A stretch of 51,716 nt of DNA, taken from NCBI GenBank assembly GCA_036403035.1, contig DASWRT010000236.1:1-51716 (forward strand). The letters run 5' to 3'. Source of the stretch: Stellaceae bacterium. Lineage in GTDB: Bacteria > Pseudomonadota > Alphaproteobacteria > ATCC43930 > CGMCC-115725. The translations under genes were made by a program, and so were the position numbers. The notes under the pieces were generated by a model. That model made no database searches. It saw only the letters and a list, made by a program, of their open reading frames with translations, and had not been told where the DNA came from. Numbering within the stretch: the stretch's first letter is position 1; every line of letters starts with the position of its first letter. This document shows, piece after piece, positions 19,763 through 28,333 of this stretch.

Positions 19763-21790
19763 CTACTTCTCCAGCACGTACGTTCCCGGCGCGTCGACTA
19801 ACGGCGGGTAGGCGGCGCTGCCGACCTTCGGCGCGGGGACCATCTCGCCGGAGCGCGCGGCGAGCCATTTCGCCCAATCGGTCCACCAGCTCCCCACGTG
19901 CTGCTTGGCGTCGCGGAGCCATTCCTCGGGCGTGCGCGCCGCCATCGCGTCCGGGCTCTCGTTGGTCCAGTGGCCACCCTTCGCCTTAGCCGGCGGATTG
20001 ATCATGCCGGCGATGTGGCCGCTCGCCGCCAGGACGAAGCGGATCCTGCCGCTCGCCAGCTGCGTGATGCGCCATGCCGACCGCCACGGCACGATGTGGT
20101 CCTTCTCGGCGCCGACCGCATAGATGTCGTTCCTGATGCGGCTCAAGTCGATCGGAACGCCGAGCATCTTGATCTTGCCCGGCTTCACCAAGTTGTTCTC
20201 GAGATAGGTGTTGCGCAGATAGAAGCTGTGCGCGTCGCGCGCCATGCGCGTGCCGTCGCTGTTCCAGTACAGCAGATCGAAGGCCGGCGGCTTGTTCCCG
20301 AGCAGATAGTTGTTGACCACCGTGCTCCAGATCAGGTCGTTCGAGCGCAGCAGGTTGAACATGTTCGACATGTGGCTGCTGTCGAGGTAGCCGCGTTCGA
20401 GCATCTGCCGCTCCATGTACTCGATCTGCGGCTCGTCCATGAACATGGCGGTGTCGCCGACCTCGGCGAAGTCCTGCAGCGACACCATGAAGGTGACGGC
20501 GCCGAAGCGGTCGTCCTTCCGAGCGGCGAGGTAGGCGAGAGTCGTCGCGAGCAAGGTGCCGCCGATGCAGTAGCCGACCGGGTTGACCCGCTCGGAGCCG
20601 GTGATCTCGCGGATGGCGTTGCTTGCCGCGAGCGGCCCCTCGGTCATGTAGTCCTCGAAGGTGACGTCCTCCATCGACGCATCTGGGTTCTTCCAGCTGA
20701 CCATGAAGACGGTAAAGCCCTGGTCGAGGAGGAACCCGACCATGCTGTTCTTCGGCTGCAGGTCGAGGATGTAGTACTTGTTGATCCAGGGCGGCATCAC
20801 GAGCAGCGGCACCGCATGCGTCTTCTCGGTGCGCGGCGAGTACTGGATCAGCTCTAGGATACGGTTGCGGAACACGACCTTGCCGGGCGTCAGCGCCAGG
20901 TTCTTGCCGGGCGCGAAGGCCTGGGTGTCGGTCAGGCTGAGCCGCCCCTCGCGCATGTCGGCGAGCAGGTTGCGCATTCCGTCAGCGACGCTGCCGCCGC
21001 CGGTTTCCAGCGCGCGGCGCAAGGCCGCCGGATTGGTCGGCAGGAACAGCGTCGGGCTCATCGCGTCGACGAACTGGCGGATGTGGAAGAGCAGCCGCTG
21101 CCGCTCCGCCGGATCGACATCCTCCCGGTCCGCTTCCTTGAGGAGTTGCTCGGAGGCGGCGATATAGGTCTGCTTCAGCAGGCGGAAAAACGGATGGTTT
21201 TCCCATTCCGGCGCGTCGAAGCGCTTGTCGGTCTCGCCGCCGCCCCTTCCCGCGTGCTGCTGGTCGGCCGGCGACGCGCCCCAGAAGCGCGCGGTCGTGG
21301 ACAGCCAGGCTTCCGCGGTCTCCTGCCACATCCTGATGCCGAAATTCGCGGCGGCAGCCGTCGCATGGAACGGATCGGTCATGGCGCGGGTGGAAAGGGC
21401 CGACAGCGCGCGCGTGATCTCGGTCCAGTCCACCGGCAGCAGCTTGTTTAACGGATTGACATCCCGGAGCTGGTCGGCGACCGCCGTCGGCAGCATGTCG
21501 AAGCCGCCGGCCGCCGCGGGCTCGTCGCGCCGCGGCTGCGGCATCGTCCGCGCGCCGCCCCTCCCTGCCTCCGGCGTCTGCGGGCTGTCGCCGCCGCCCC
21601 TGGCGGCGCGGTCCGACTCGCCGACGCGGCCGACCGAGAACACCTGATCGGCCGGCGCGGCCTCCGCCGCCATCCGCCGCCGGCGCGTCGCCGCGGCGCC
21701 GGCCTTCGTGCGCTTCGCCTCCCGCCGCCGCTTCGGCTCCGGCTGCTCCTCGATCCCACCCGGCAAGCCCGGCTTACCTCCTTCGTCCAT
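19763..21790 (-). CDS. phaC: class I poly(3-hydroxyalkanoate) synthase
   Basis: Lipase-box-like GYCIGG and overall PhaC similarity. ATG 21790 is preceded by GGAGGGA. The N-terminal ~100 aa are basic and low-complexity. Confidence 0.9.
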   Translation of the reverse strand: MDEGGKPGLPGGIEEQPEPKRRREAKRTKAGAAATRRRRMAAEAAPADQVFSVGRVGESDRAARGGGDSPQTPEAGRGGARTMPQPRRDEPAAAGGFDMLPTAVADQLRDVNPLNKLLPVDWTEITRALSALSTRAMTDPFHATAAAANFGIRMWQETAEAWLSTTARFWGASPADQQHAGRGGGETDKRFDAPEWENHPFFRLLKQTYIAASEQLLKEADREDVDPAERQRLLFHIRQFVDAMSPTLFLPTNPAALRRALETGGGSVADGMRNLLADMREGRLSLTDTQAFAPGKNLALTPGKVVFRNRILELIQYSPRTEKTHAVPLLVMPPWINKYYILDLQPKNSMVGFLLDQGFTVFMVSWKNPDASMEDVTFEDYMTEGPLAASNAIREITGSERVNPVGYCIGGTLLATTLAYLAARKDDRFGAVTFMVSLQDFAEVGDTAMFMDEPQIEYMERQMLERGYLDSSHMSNMFNLLRSNDLIWSTVVNNYLLGNKPPAFDLLYWNSDGTRMARDAHSFYLRNTYLENNLVKPGKIKMLGVPIDLSRIRNDIYAVGAEKDHIVPWRSAWRITQLASGRIRFVLAASGHIAGMINPPAKAKGGHWTNESPDAMAARTPEEWLRDAKQHVGSWWTDWAKWLAARSGEMVPAPKVGSAAYPPLVDAPGTYVLEK

Positions 21791-22013
21791 GATGCTCCCT
21801 CCACTGTTGCGCGCAAGGGTGGGCCGTCCCCCGCGGACCCGTCAAGGGTAGCCGCCCTTCCCTTCCGCGCTCCATCCTGCCAACGCCGGCCGGCGCCCGC
21901 CGGCCCCGCCGGCGTGTCGATTAACCTATCGTTAACCATCGGCCGCGATAAGCGGTGGATCGCCGTTGCCGCACCCGCTGCGGCATGCGCCAACGCCCCG
22001 CCCGGACGCGCCC

Positions 22014-22898
22014 ATGTCCCTCGTGCATTTCGTCGAGCGCCCGGCAATCCGGGCATGCTTCAACCGCGTCCATCTCCGTCCTGGCCTCGCCTGCGCCGAG
22101 GCCGATCTCGACGGCCGCCAGCCGGTCCGGCCGCTGTCTACGCGGTACACGCTGATCGGAACGGCGTTCGATTATCTCGCGCGCTTCAAGACCGCGCACG
22201 TGCTGGGGAGCCGGAACGGCGGCGCCGTCGACATCATCGACGGCGTCTGGATCGCCGAGCGGTCGGTCGAGGCGATGCGGAACCGCCCGGAGTTCGACGA
22301 GCACTACGAGACGTGCCGGCGCCGCCTCGACAATATCCGCCGCGCCGTCGGCGCCTATGCCGGCGGCGATGCGAGCCGGCTGCGCGAGGCGGCGGCCGGC
22401 GCGCAGTGGCTGGCCCATGTCGACGCGCTCCACAGGACCGGCGAGCTGCGCAACCCGGATGCGCGGCTCGACGTCCGCGTCCATGATGAGTTGCTGGCCC
22501 TCGCCGACGCGTTCGAGCCGGAGCGCCTGTTCGCGGGTGCCCGTCGCATCCTGCTCAACCCGACCTACGCGGAAGCGTCGCGCGTCGGCGGCGCCGATCC
22601 CGACCTCGTCGTCGACGACGGCATCGTCGACATCAAGACGACGACAAAGCTGCGCGTCGACCCCGCCCATCTGCGGCAGCTCGCGGGATACGCGGCGATG
22701 CAGCGGCTTGGCGGCATCCGCCTGCCCGACGGCGCGCTGCACGACGCCCCGGCCGCCTGGATCGGCATCTACTTCGCGCGGCACGGCCTGCTGCAATGCT
22801 GGAGGCTGGAGGACGTGCTGCCCGAACCTGCCTTCGACCAGTTCTACGCGGCGTTCCAAAGCGAGATGGACGCGCTCGCCCTGGCAAAGGCCGCTTGA
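22014..22898 (+). CDS. RecB/Cas4-type PD-(D/E)xK nuclease-fold protein, unknown function
   Basis: The ordered motifs are IGTAFDYL, then GGADPDLVVDDGIVDIKTT (D..D-x-K), then QLAGY (QxxxY). The start is uncertain (ATG 22014 lacks an SD; TTG at 21966 is the alternative). Confidence 0.65.
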   Translation: MSLVHFVERPAIRACFNRVHLRPGLACAEADLDGRQPVRPLSTRYTLIGTAFDYLARFKTAHVLGSRNGGAVDIIDGVWIAERSVEAMRNRPEFDEHYETCRRRLDNIRRAVGAYAGGDASRLREAAAGAQWLAHVDALHRTGELRNPDARLDVRVHDELLALADAFEPERLFAGARRILLNPTYAEASRVGGADPDLVVDDGIVDIKTTTKLRVDPAHLRQLAGYAAMQRLGGIRLPDGALHDAPAAWIGIYFARHGLLQCWRLEDVLPEPAFDQFYAAFQSEMDALALAKAA

Positions 22899-22979
22899 CG
22901 CCGACACCAGGGCCTTGCCCGTCACGGCGCGGCCGGCGTATGCCGGACGCAGCAAGACCGGACGGGAGGGAAGCAGGCC

Positions 22980-24026
22980 GTGCGCACGAACCGGGTCATC
23001 ACCGTCGTCGGCTGCCACGCCGAAGGCGAGATCGGGGACGTGATCGTCGGCGGCGTCCTGCCGCCGCCGGGCGCCACGATGTACGAAAAGATGCGCGCAA
23101 TGGAGCGCGACAACGACGATCTGCGCCGGCTCCTGCTGCTGGAGCCGCGCGGCAAGGTCTCGCGCAACGTCAACCTCGTCGTCCCGCCGACCCGGCCCGA
23201 CTGCGACGCCGGCGTGATCATCATGGAGGCGACGGAGTACGTGCCGATGTCCGGTTCGAACGCGATGTGCACCGCGACGGTCCTGCTGGAAACCGGGATG
23301 GTGCCGATGCGCGAGCCGGAGACGGTACTGACGCTCGACACGCCGGGCGGCCCGGTGCGCGTCATTGCCGCCTGCCGCGACGGGCGCGTCGAGTCAGTCG
23401 AGCTGACCAACGTGCCGAGCTTCGCCGACCGGCTCGACGCGCCGCTGGAGGTCGAGGGCATCGGCACGATCCGGGTCGACGTCGCCTATGGCGGCATGTT
23501 CTATGCGATCGCCGACGCGGAGGCGCTGGGCTTTGGGGTGACGCCGGACGAGGCGCGCGACTTGGCCGCGACCGGCGAGAAGATCCGGCTCGCCGCCCGC
23601 GCGCAACTCCCCTGCGCGCATCCCGACAACCCCGGCATCTCCGGCGTCACGATCGTGCAGATCGCGCGGCCGTTCAACGGCCCCGGCGTCCCGACGCGTA
23701 ACACCTGCATCATGGCGCCCGGCCGGTCCGACCGCAGCCCGACCGGGACCGGCACCTCGGCGCGGATGGCGGTGCTGCGCGCCCGCGGCCAGATGCGGCC
23801 CGGCGATACGCTGATCCATGAATCGATCATCGGCTCGCGCTTCATCGGCCGCATCCTGTCCGATACAACGGTCGGCGGAGGAAGCCGGCCGGCGGTCGTC
23901 AACAGCCTCAAGGGGCGCGCCTGGACGACCGGCCTGTTCCAGTACTTCGTCGATCCGGCCGACCCGTTCGCCAACGGCTATCTGGTGAGCGACACCTGGG
24001 GCGTCACCGGCACGGCTACGCAGTAG
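22980..24026 (+). CDS. proline racemase / hydroxyproline epimerase superfamily protein with a Ser/Thr catalytic pair
   Basis: The GTG start is preceded by GGGAGGGAAG. PMSGSN occupies the position of the MCGHG motif, and DRSPTGTGTSA that of DRSPCGTGTSA. Confidence 0.85.
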   Translation: MRTNRVITVVGCHAEGEIGDVIVGGVLPPPGATMYEKMRAMERDNDDLRRLLLLEPRGKVSRNVNLVVPPTRPDCDAGVIIMEATEYVPMSGSNAMCTATVLLETGMVPMREPETVLTLDTPGGPVRVIAACRDGRVESVELTNVPSFADRLDAPLEVEGIGTIRVDVAYGGMFYAIADAEALGFGVTPDEARDLAATGEKIRLAARAQLPCAHPDNPGISGVTIVQIARPFNGPGVPTRNTCIMAPGRSDRSPTGTGTSARMAVLRARGQMRPGDTLIHESIIGSRFIGRILSDTTVGGGSRPAVVNSLKGRAWTTGLFQYFVDPADPFANGYLVSDTWGVTGTATQ

Positions 24027-24190
24027 CCCTCATGGTGCGGCGCAGCAGGAATCTGCCGCCGCGACGCCGCTTTGCATCCGCGGCGCCCATCCCCATTATG
24101 AGGTAGACGACCGGCTTTGCCGCCGCCGCCGAGCGGGAGCGGCATGCCGGCGGCATTCCTTTTCGATCCCGCAGACGCGATGAGGTGACG

Positions 24191-25624
24191 ATGTACCCGG
24201 AAATTTCGCTGTATATCGACGGGTCCTGGTGCCAGAGCACCGGCGGCCGGTCCCAGCCGGTGCTCAACCCGGCGACCGGCGAGGAGGTCGGCCGCGTCCC
24301 CTACGCCGAGCGCGGCGATCTCGACCGGGCGCTCGCCGCCGCGGAAAAGGGATGGCAGGCGTGGCGCCACGTCTCGGCCTTCGACCGCTACAAGCTGATG
24401 CGCAAGGCCGCCGACATCGTGCGCAGCCGCGCCGACCAGATCGCGACGATCATGACGGTCGAGCAGGGCAAGCCGATCATGGAGGCGCGGCTGGAGACGC
24501 TCGCCGCGGCCGACATCATCGACTGGCTCGCCGAGGAGGCCCGCCGGACCTACGGCCGCGTCGTCCCGGCGCGCGCCGAAGGCGTCTATCAGCTCGTCGT
24601 CAAGGAGCCGGTCGGTCCGGCCGCCGCCTTCACGCCGTGGAACTTCCCGATCAACCAGGCAGTCCGCAAGATCTCGGCGGCGATCGCCGCCGGCTGCTCG
24701 GTGATTCTGAAGGCCCCCGAGGAGACGCCGGGGAGCCCCGCCGAGCTGGTCCGCGCCTATGCCGACGCCGGCCTGCCGCCGGGCGTGCTGAACCTCGTGT
24801 TCGGCGTCCCATCGGAGATCTCGGAGTACCTGATCCCGCATCCGGTGATCCGCAAGATCTCGTTCACCGGCTCGACCCCGGTCGGCAAGCATCTCGCCGC
24901 GCTCGCCGGCCAGCACATGAAGCGCGTGACGATGGAACTCGGCGGACACGCGCCGGCGATCGTGTTCGAGGATGCCGACATCGACGTCGCAGCGAAGCTG
25001 CTCGCCGCGAACAAGTTCCGCAACGCCGGACAGGTCTGCGTCTCGCCGACGCGCTTCCTCGTCCATGAGCAGGTGTACGGGCCGTTCGTCGAGAAGTTCG
25101 TCGCCGCCACGAAGGCGGTGAAGGTCGGCAACGGCCTCGACAAGGAGACCCGGATGGGTCCGCTCGCGAACGCGCGGCGCGTCGACGCGATGGAAGGGTT
25201 CGTCGCGGACGCCGTCGCCAAGGGAGCCAAGGTGCAGACCGGCGGCAACCGGATCGGCAACAAGGGTTTCTTTTTCGAGCCGACTGTCATGACCGACGTG
25301 CCGCTCGACGCCCGCATCATGAACGAGGAGCCGTTCGGGCCGCTTGCGCCGATCGTGCCGTTCAGCAGCTTCGACGGGGTGGTCGAGGAGGCGAACCGCT
25401 TGCCATACGGGCTTGCCGCCTACGCCTACACGCGCTCGGCGAAAACCGCTGCGGCGATCGGCGCGGCGGTCGAGAGCGGCATGGTGTCGATCAACCATCA
25501 CGGGCTCGCGCTGCCCGAGGTGCCGTTCGGCGGCGTCAAGGATTCCGGCTACGGGTCGGAGGGCGGCTCGGAGGCGATCGAGGCGTACCTCAACACGAAG
25601 TTCATCAGCCAGACCGGGCTCTGA
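24191..25624 (+). CDS. NAD(P)-dependent aldehyde dehydrogenase (semialdehyde dehydrogenase-like)
   Basis: The ATG is preceded by GAGG. ALDH motifs are FTGSTPVGK, ELGGHAP and NAGQVCVSPTR. Confidence 0.9.
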   Translation: MYPEISLYIDGSWCQSTGGRSQPVLNPATGEEVGRVPYAERGDLDRALAAAEKGWQAWRHVSAFDRYKLMRKAADIVRSRADQIATIMTVEQGKPIMEARLETLAAADIIDWLAEEARRTYGRVVPARAEGVYQLVVKEPVGPAAAFTPWNFPINQAVRKISAAIAAGCSVILKAPEETPGSPAELVRAYADAGLPPGVLNLVFGVPSEISEYLIPHPVIRKISFTGSTPVGKHLAALAGQHMKRVTMELGGHAPAIVFEDADIDVAAKLLAANKFRNAGQVCVSPTRFLVHEQVYGPFVEKFVAATKAVKVGNGLDKETRMGPLANARRVDAMEGFVADAVAKGAKVQTGGNRIGNKGFFFEPTVMTDVPLDARIMNEEPFGPLAPIVPFSSFDGVVEEANRLPYGLAAYAYTRSAKTAAAIGAAVESGMVSINHHGLALPEVPFGGVKDSGYGSEGGSEAIEAYLNTKFISQTGL

Positions 25625-25639
25625 TACCGGTTCAGGTCT

Positions 25640-25752
25640 TACCGCAGAGGACGCGGAGGGACGCAGAGAAACGCGGAGGTTGGCTCATTGCGCGCCGCGG
25701 GCACGCATCGAATTCCTCTGCGAACCTCCGCGTCTTCTCCGCGCTCTCGGCG
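25640..25752. repeat. REP-like imperfect palindromic element
   Basis: A perfect 11-bp stem joins acgcggaggtt (25671-25681) and aacctccgcgt (25723-25733). It is flanked by repeated gcagag.acgcggagg units on the left arm and their complements on the right arm. Confidence 0.35.
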
Positions 25753-25962
25753 GTAAAAGCGTTCTTTTCCTTCTAGCCCCAACTCCTCGTATCAGGTTCC
25801 GTTGTTGCTGATACCGCCGCTTCCGGCTCGCTCGCTGCTTCCGTCACTGCACCGGGAACATCGGCAACGTGCGGCGTTGCCGCACGGCAGGGCACCATAT
25901 ACGGTGGCGTGACGGCGCCGGACCGCACGCTCCGGTTCCCGCACTCTCCACGGACGGCAAGA

Positions 25963-26658
25963 ATGAAGAGCCCGCGCCTCGCTCAGGACATCATCGACGG
26001 CTACATGAACGTCTCGACGTCGAACGTCTCGGACGCGCTCGACCGGCTGGCGATCCGCGGCGCGCCCGCCGGATTGCTGCCGCTCTTCCCGGACTGCCGC
26101 AAGATCGTCGGCGCGGCGGCGACGATGCGGCTGGTGCCGAACGGCGACCCCGCCGCGTCGGCCGAGACGACGCCGGTGATCGGCACCCTGCGCGCGATCA
26201 TGGAGGCGCATCCGGGCGACGTGCTGGTGATCGACTTCGGCGGCCAGCGCGAGATCAACAGCTTCGGCGGCGTGGCCGGCGCGACGACTCAGCATTTCGG
26301 CCTCGCCGGGGTCGTCACGGACGGCGTGTCGCGCGACATCGACGAATTCAAGGCGCTCGGCCTGCCGGTCTACGGCAAGGGCTTTATCCAGACCTCGATC
26401 CGCGGCCGTTGCGCCTTTGCCGGGTACGGCATTCCGGTGCATCTCTCGGGCATTCCCGTCCGTCCCGGCGATCTCGTGATGGCGGACGAGAACGGCACGG
26501 TCGTCGTCCCGCAGGAGCGCGTGGGCGAAGTGCTCGACGTCGCGGCGGCATGCAAGGCGACCGAGGACGGCGTGATCGCCGCGATCCGCGCCGGGGCCGA
26601 CCCGATCGAGGCGCACGAGCGGGTACGCTACGACGCGATGCTGAAGCCGCAGCGATGA
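25963..26658 (+). CDS. RraA / 4-hydroxy-4-methyl-2-oxoglutarate aldolase family protein (paralogue 1)
   Basis: GDVLVIDFGG...GVVTDGVSRD is the RraA-family core. The start was chosen at the internal ATG (MKSPRLAQDIIDGY). Confidence 0.8.
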   Translation: MKSPRLAQDIIDGYMNVSTSNVSDALDRLAIRGAPAGLLPLFPDCRKIVGAAATMRLVPNGDPAASAETTPVIGTLRAIMEAHPGDVLVIDFGGQREINSFGGVAGATTQHFGLAGVVTDGVSRDIDEFKALGLPVYGKGFIQTSIRGRCAFAGYGIPVHLSGIPVRPGDLVMADENGTVVVPQERVGEVLDVAAACKATEDGVIAAIRAGADPIEAHERVRYDAMLKPQR

Positions 26659-27476
26659 CGGCGCCGCCCACACCGGCGACCGGCGAGGAGGCTGCGGCGC
26701 TGCGGGCGAGGCTCGCCCGCGTCGGGACCTGCGCCGCGATCGACATCCTGCGCAAGCACGGCGGAGCGGAGCGTATCCCGGTGGAGCGCCTCGTGATCCG
26801 GGATGTCCGGCCGCTGCTGCCGCTCGGCGGCCGCGGTGCGCCGTCGGTTGCCGGGCCGGCCCGCACGCTGCGCTTCCTGCCGGCGCGCGACGATGTCGCG
26901 GCCTCGCCGAACGGGCGGGTCAATTTCGACCTGATCGACGGCGTCCGGCCGGGCGAGGTGCTCGTGTTCGATACCGCGCGCGGCCTCGGCGGGTCGGTGC
27001 TCGGCGACATGCTCGCCCTCCGGGCCGCCCGCAACGGCGCGGCCGGCGTCGTCACCGACGGCGTCATGCGCGACCTCGCGGGGCTCGCTTCGGTCGGGCT
27101 GCCGGTCTTCGCCTCCGGGGTCCGGCCGTACCCGTTCATCGGCACGCTGATCCCGTGGGAGGCCGACGTGCCGATCCAATGCGGCGGCGCGCTCGTGCTG
27201 CCGGGCGACTGGATCCTCGCCGATGCCGACGCCGTCCTCGTCCTGCCGCGGACCCTCGCCGGGCTCGTGGCGGACGGCGCGGATGCGCTGGCGAGCGAGG
27301 AGGCGTTCTGCCGGGCGCTGCTCGAACGCGGCCATCCGTTGCGGGAGGCGTACCCGATGCCGCCGGGTCTGCGCCCGCATTACGAACGCTATCTGCGCGA
27401 CGGCGTGCTGCCGGGCCCCGACGAGGTTTCGCGGGCTGCGGCTACTGGCATGGGGCCGACACGCGAGGTATCTTAA
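26655..27476 (+). CDS. RraA / HMG-aldolase family protein (paralogue 2, C-terminally extended)
   Basis: The ATG overlaps the upstream stop as ATGA. The core is GEVLVFD...GVVTDGVMRD. About 60 extra residues sit at the C-terminus. Confidence 0.75.
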   Translation: MTAPPTPATGEEAAALRARLARVGTCAAIDILRKHGGAERIPVERLVIRDVRPLLPLGGRGAPSVAGPARTLRFLPARDDVAASPNGRVNFDLIDGVRPGEVLVFDTARGLGGSVLGDMLALRAARNGAAGVVTDGVMRDLAGLASVGLPVFASGVRPYPFIGTLIPWEADVPIQCGGALVLPGDWILADADAVLVLPRTLAGLVADGADALASEEAFCRALLERGHPLREAYPMPPGLRPHYERYLRDGVLPGPDEVSRAAATGMGPTREVS

Positions 27477-27567
27477 GAGGCTGTCTCAGCACGCCTTTGG
27501 CTTCCCGGCACTGTCGCGCCGGTGCCGCGACATCCGCGATGCGGCGCAAAGCCGATTGCAATGAATG

Positions 27568-27589
27568 CCAGTTTGGTATACCAAACTGG
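27568..27589. promoter_or_regulatory. perfect 22-bp palindrome CCAGTTTGGTATACCAAACTGG, GntR/FadR-type operator candidate
   Basis: The palindrome is perfect and lies about 80-100 nt upstream of GntR gene 27671. The half-site TTTGGTATAC recurs at 40694 and 49126. Confidence 0.55.
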
Positions 27590-27670
27590 GATAATGAACG
27601 TTCGGGCATGTGCGGCATTGCTCGCCAACAATAGAGGCGGCACGCACGCACCACTCGGGAGGAACGATTC

Positions 27671-28333
27671 GTGTCGCAAATGCGGCTCGCCTACGAGAAT
27701 CTGCGGGATCTCATCCTGACGCTGGAGCTGGCTCCCGGCGAGAGATTGAGCGAACGCTGGCTCGAGACGCGCTTCGAAGGATCGCGCACGCCGATCAGGG
27801 CGGCGCTTGTCAGGCTTGAGACCGAAGGGCTGATACAGCGCGAAGGCCGCGGCTATATCGTCGCGCCGATCCAGCTCGGCGAGATCGAGCATGTCTTCGC
27901 CTTCCGCGAGACGGTGGAGATCGGGGCGGCCCGCCTCGCCTGCGAGAGCGCGACGCCGGCCGATATCGACGTCATCGATGAAATGCTCGACTCCTGCCGT
28001 TCCGACACGCCGCGCGAGGAATGGCACCGCGTCGGCAACGAATTCCACGTCGAGCTTGCCCGCCTCTCCGGGAACCCGTTCTTCGCGCGGTCGCTCGACG
28101 ACATCATGACGCGACTGTCGCGGGCGCGCTGGCTGGAGATCTGGAACGAGGCTGCGCGCGACCGCGCCTGGGGCGAGCACCGGCGGATTCTCGAGCTGAT
28201 GCGCGCGCGCAAGCCCGATCGGGCGGCGGCGGCGATATCCGCGCACATCCGCGGCTCCTGCGACCGGCTGCTGACCTCGGTGTCGGAAAACCGGCGCGGC
28301 CTGCGGGCGCGCGGCTTCTCGGTGGTCAACTGA
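27671..28333 (+). CDS. GntR family (FadR/FCD subfamily) transcriptional regulator, paralogue 1
   Basis: The GTG start is preceded by GGGAGGA. The winged HTH is LSERWLETRFEGSRTPIRAALVRLETEGLI, followed by an all-helical FCD-like C-terminus. Confidence 0.85.
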   Translation: MSQMRLAYENLRDLILTLELAPGERLSERWLETRFEGSRTPIRAALVRLETEGLIQREGRGYIVAPIQLGEIEHVFAFRETVEIGAARLACESATPADIDVIDEMLDSCRSDTPREEWHRVGNEFHVELARLSGNPFFARSLDDIMTRLSRARWLEIWNEAARDRAWGEHRRILELMRARKPDRAAAAISAHIRGSCDRLLTSVSENRRGLRARGFSVVN

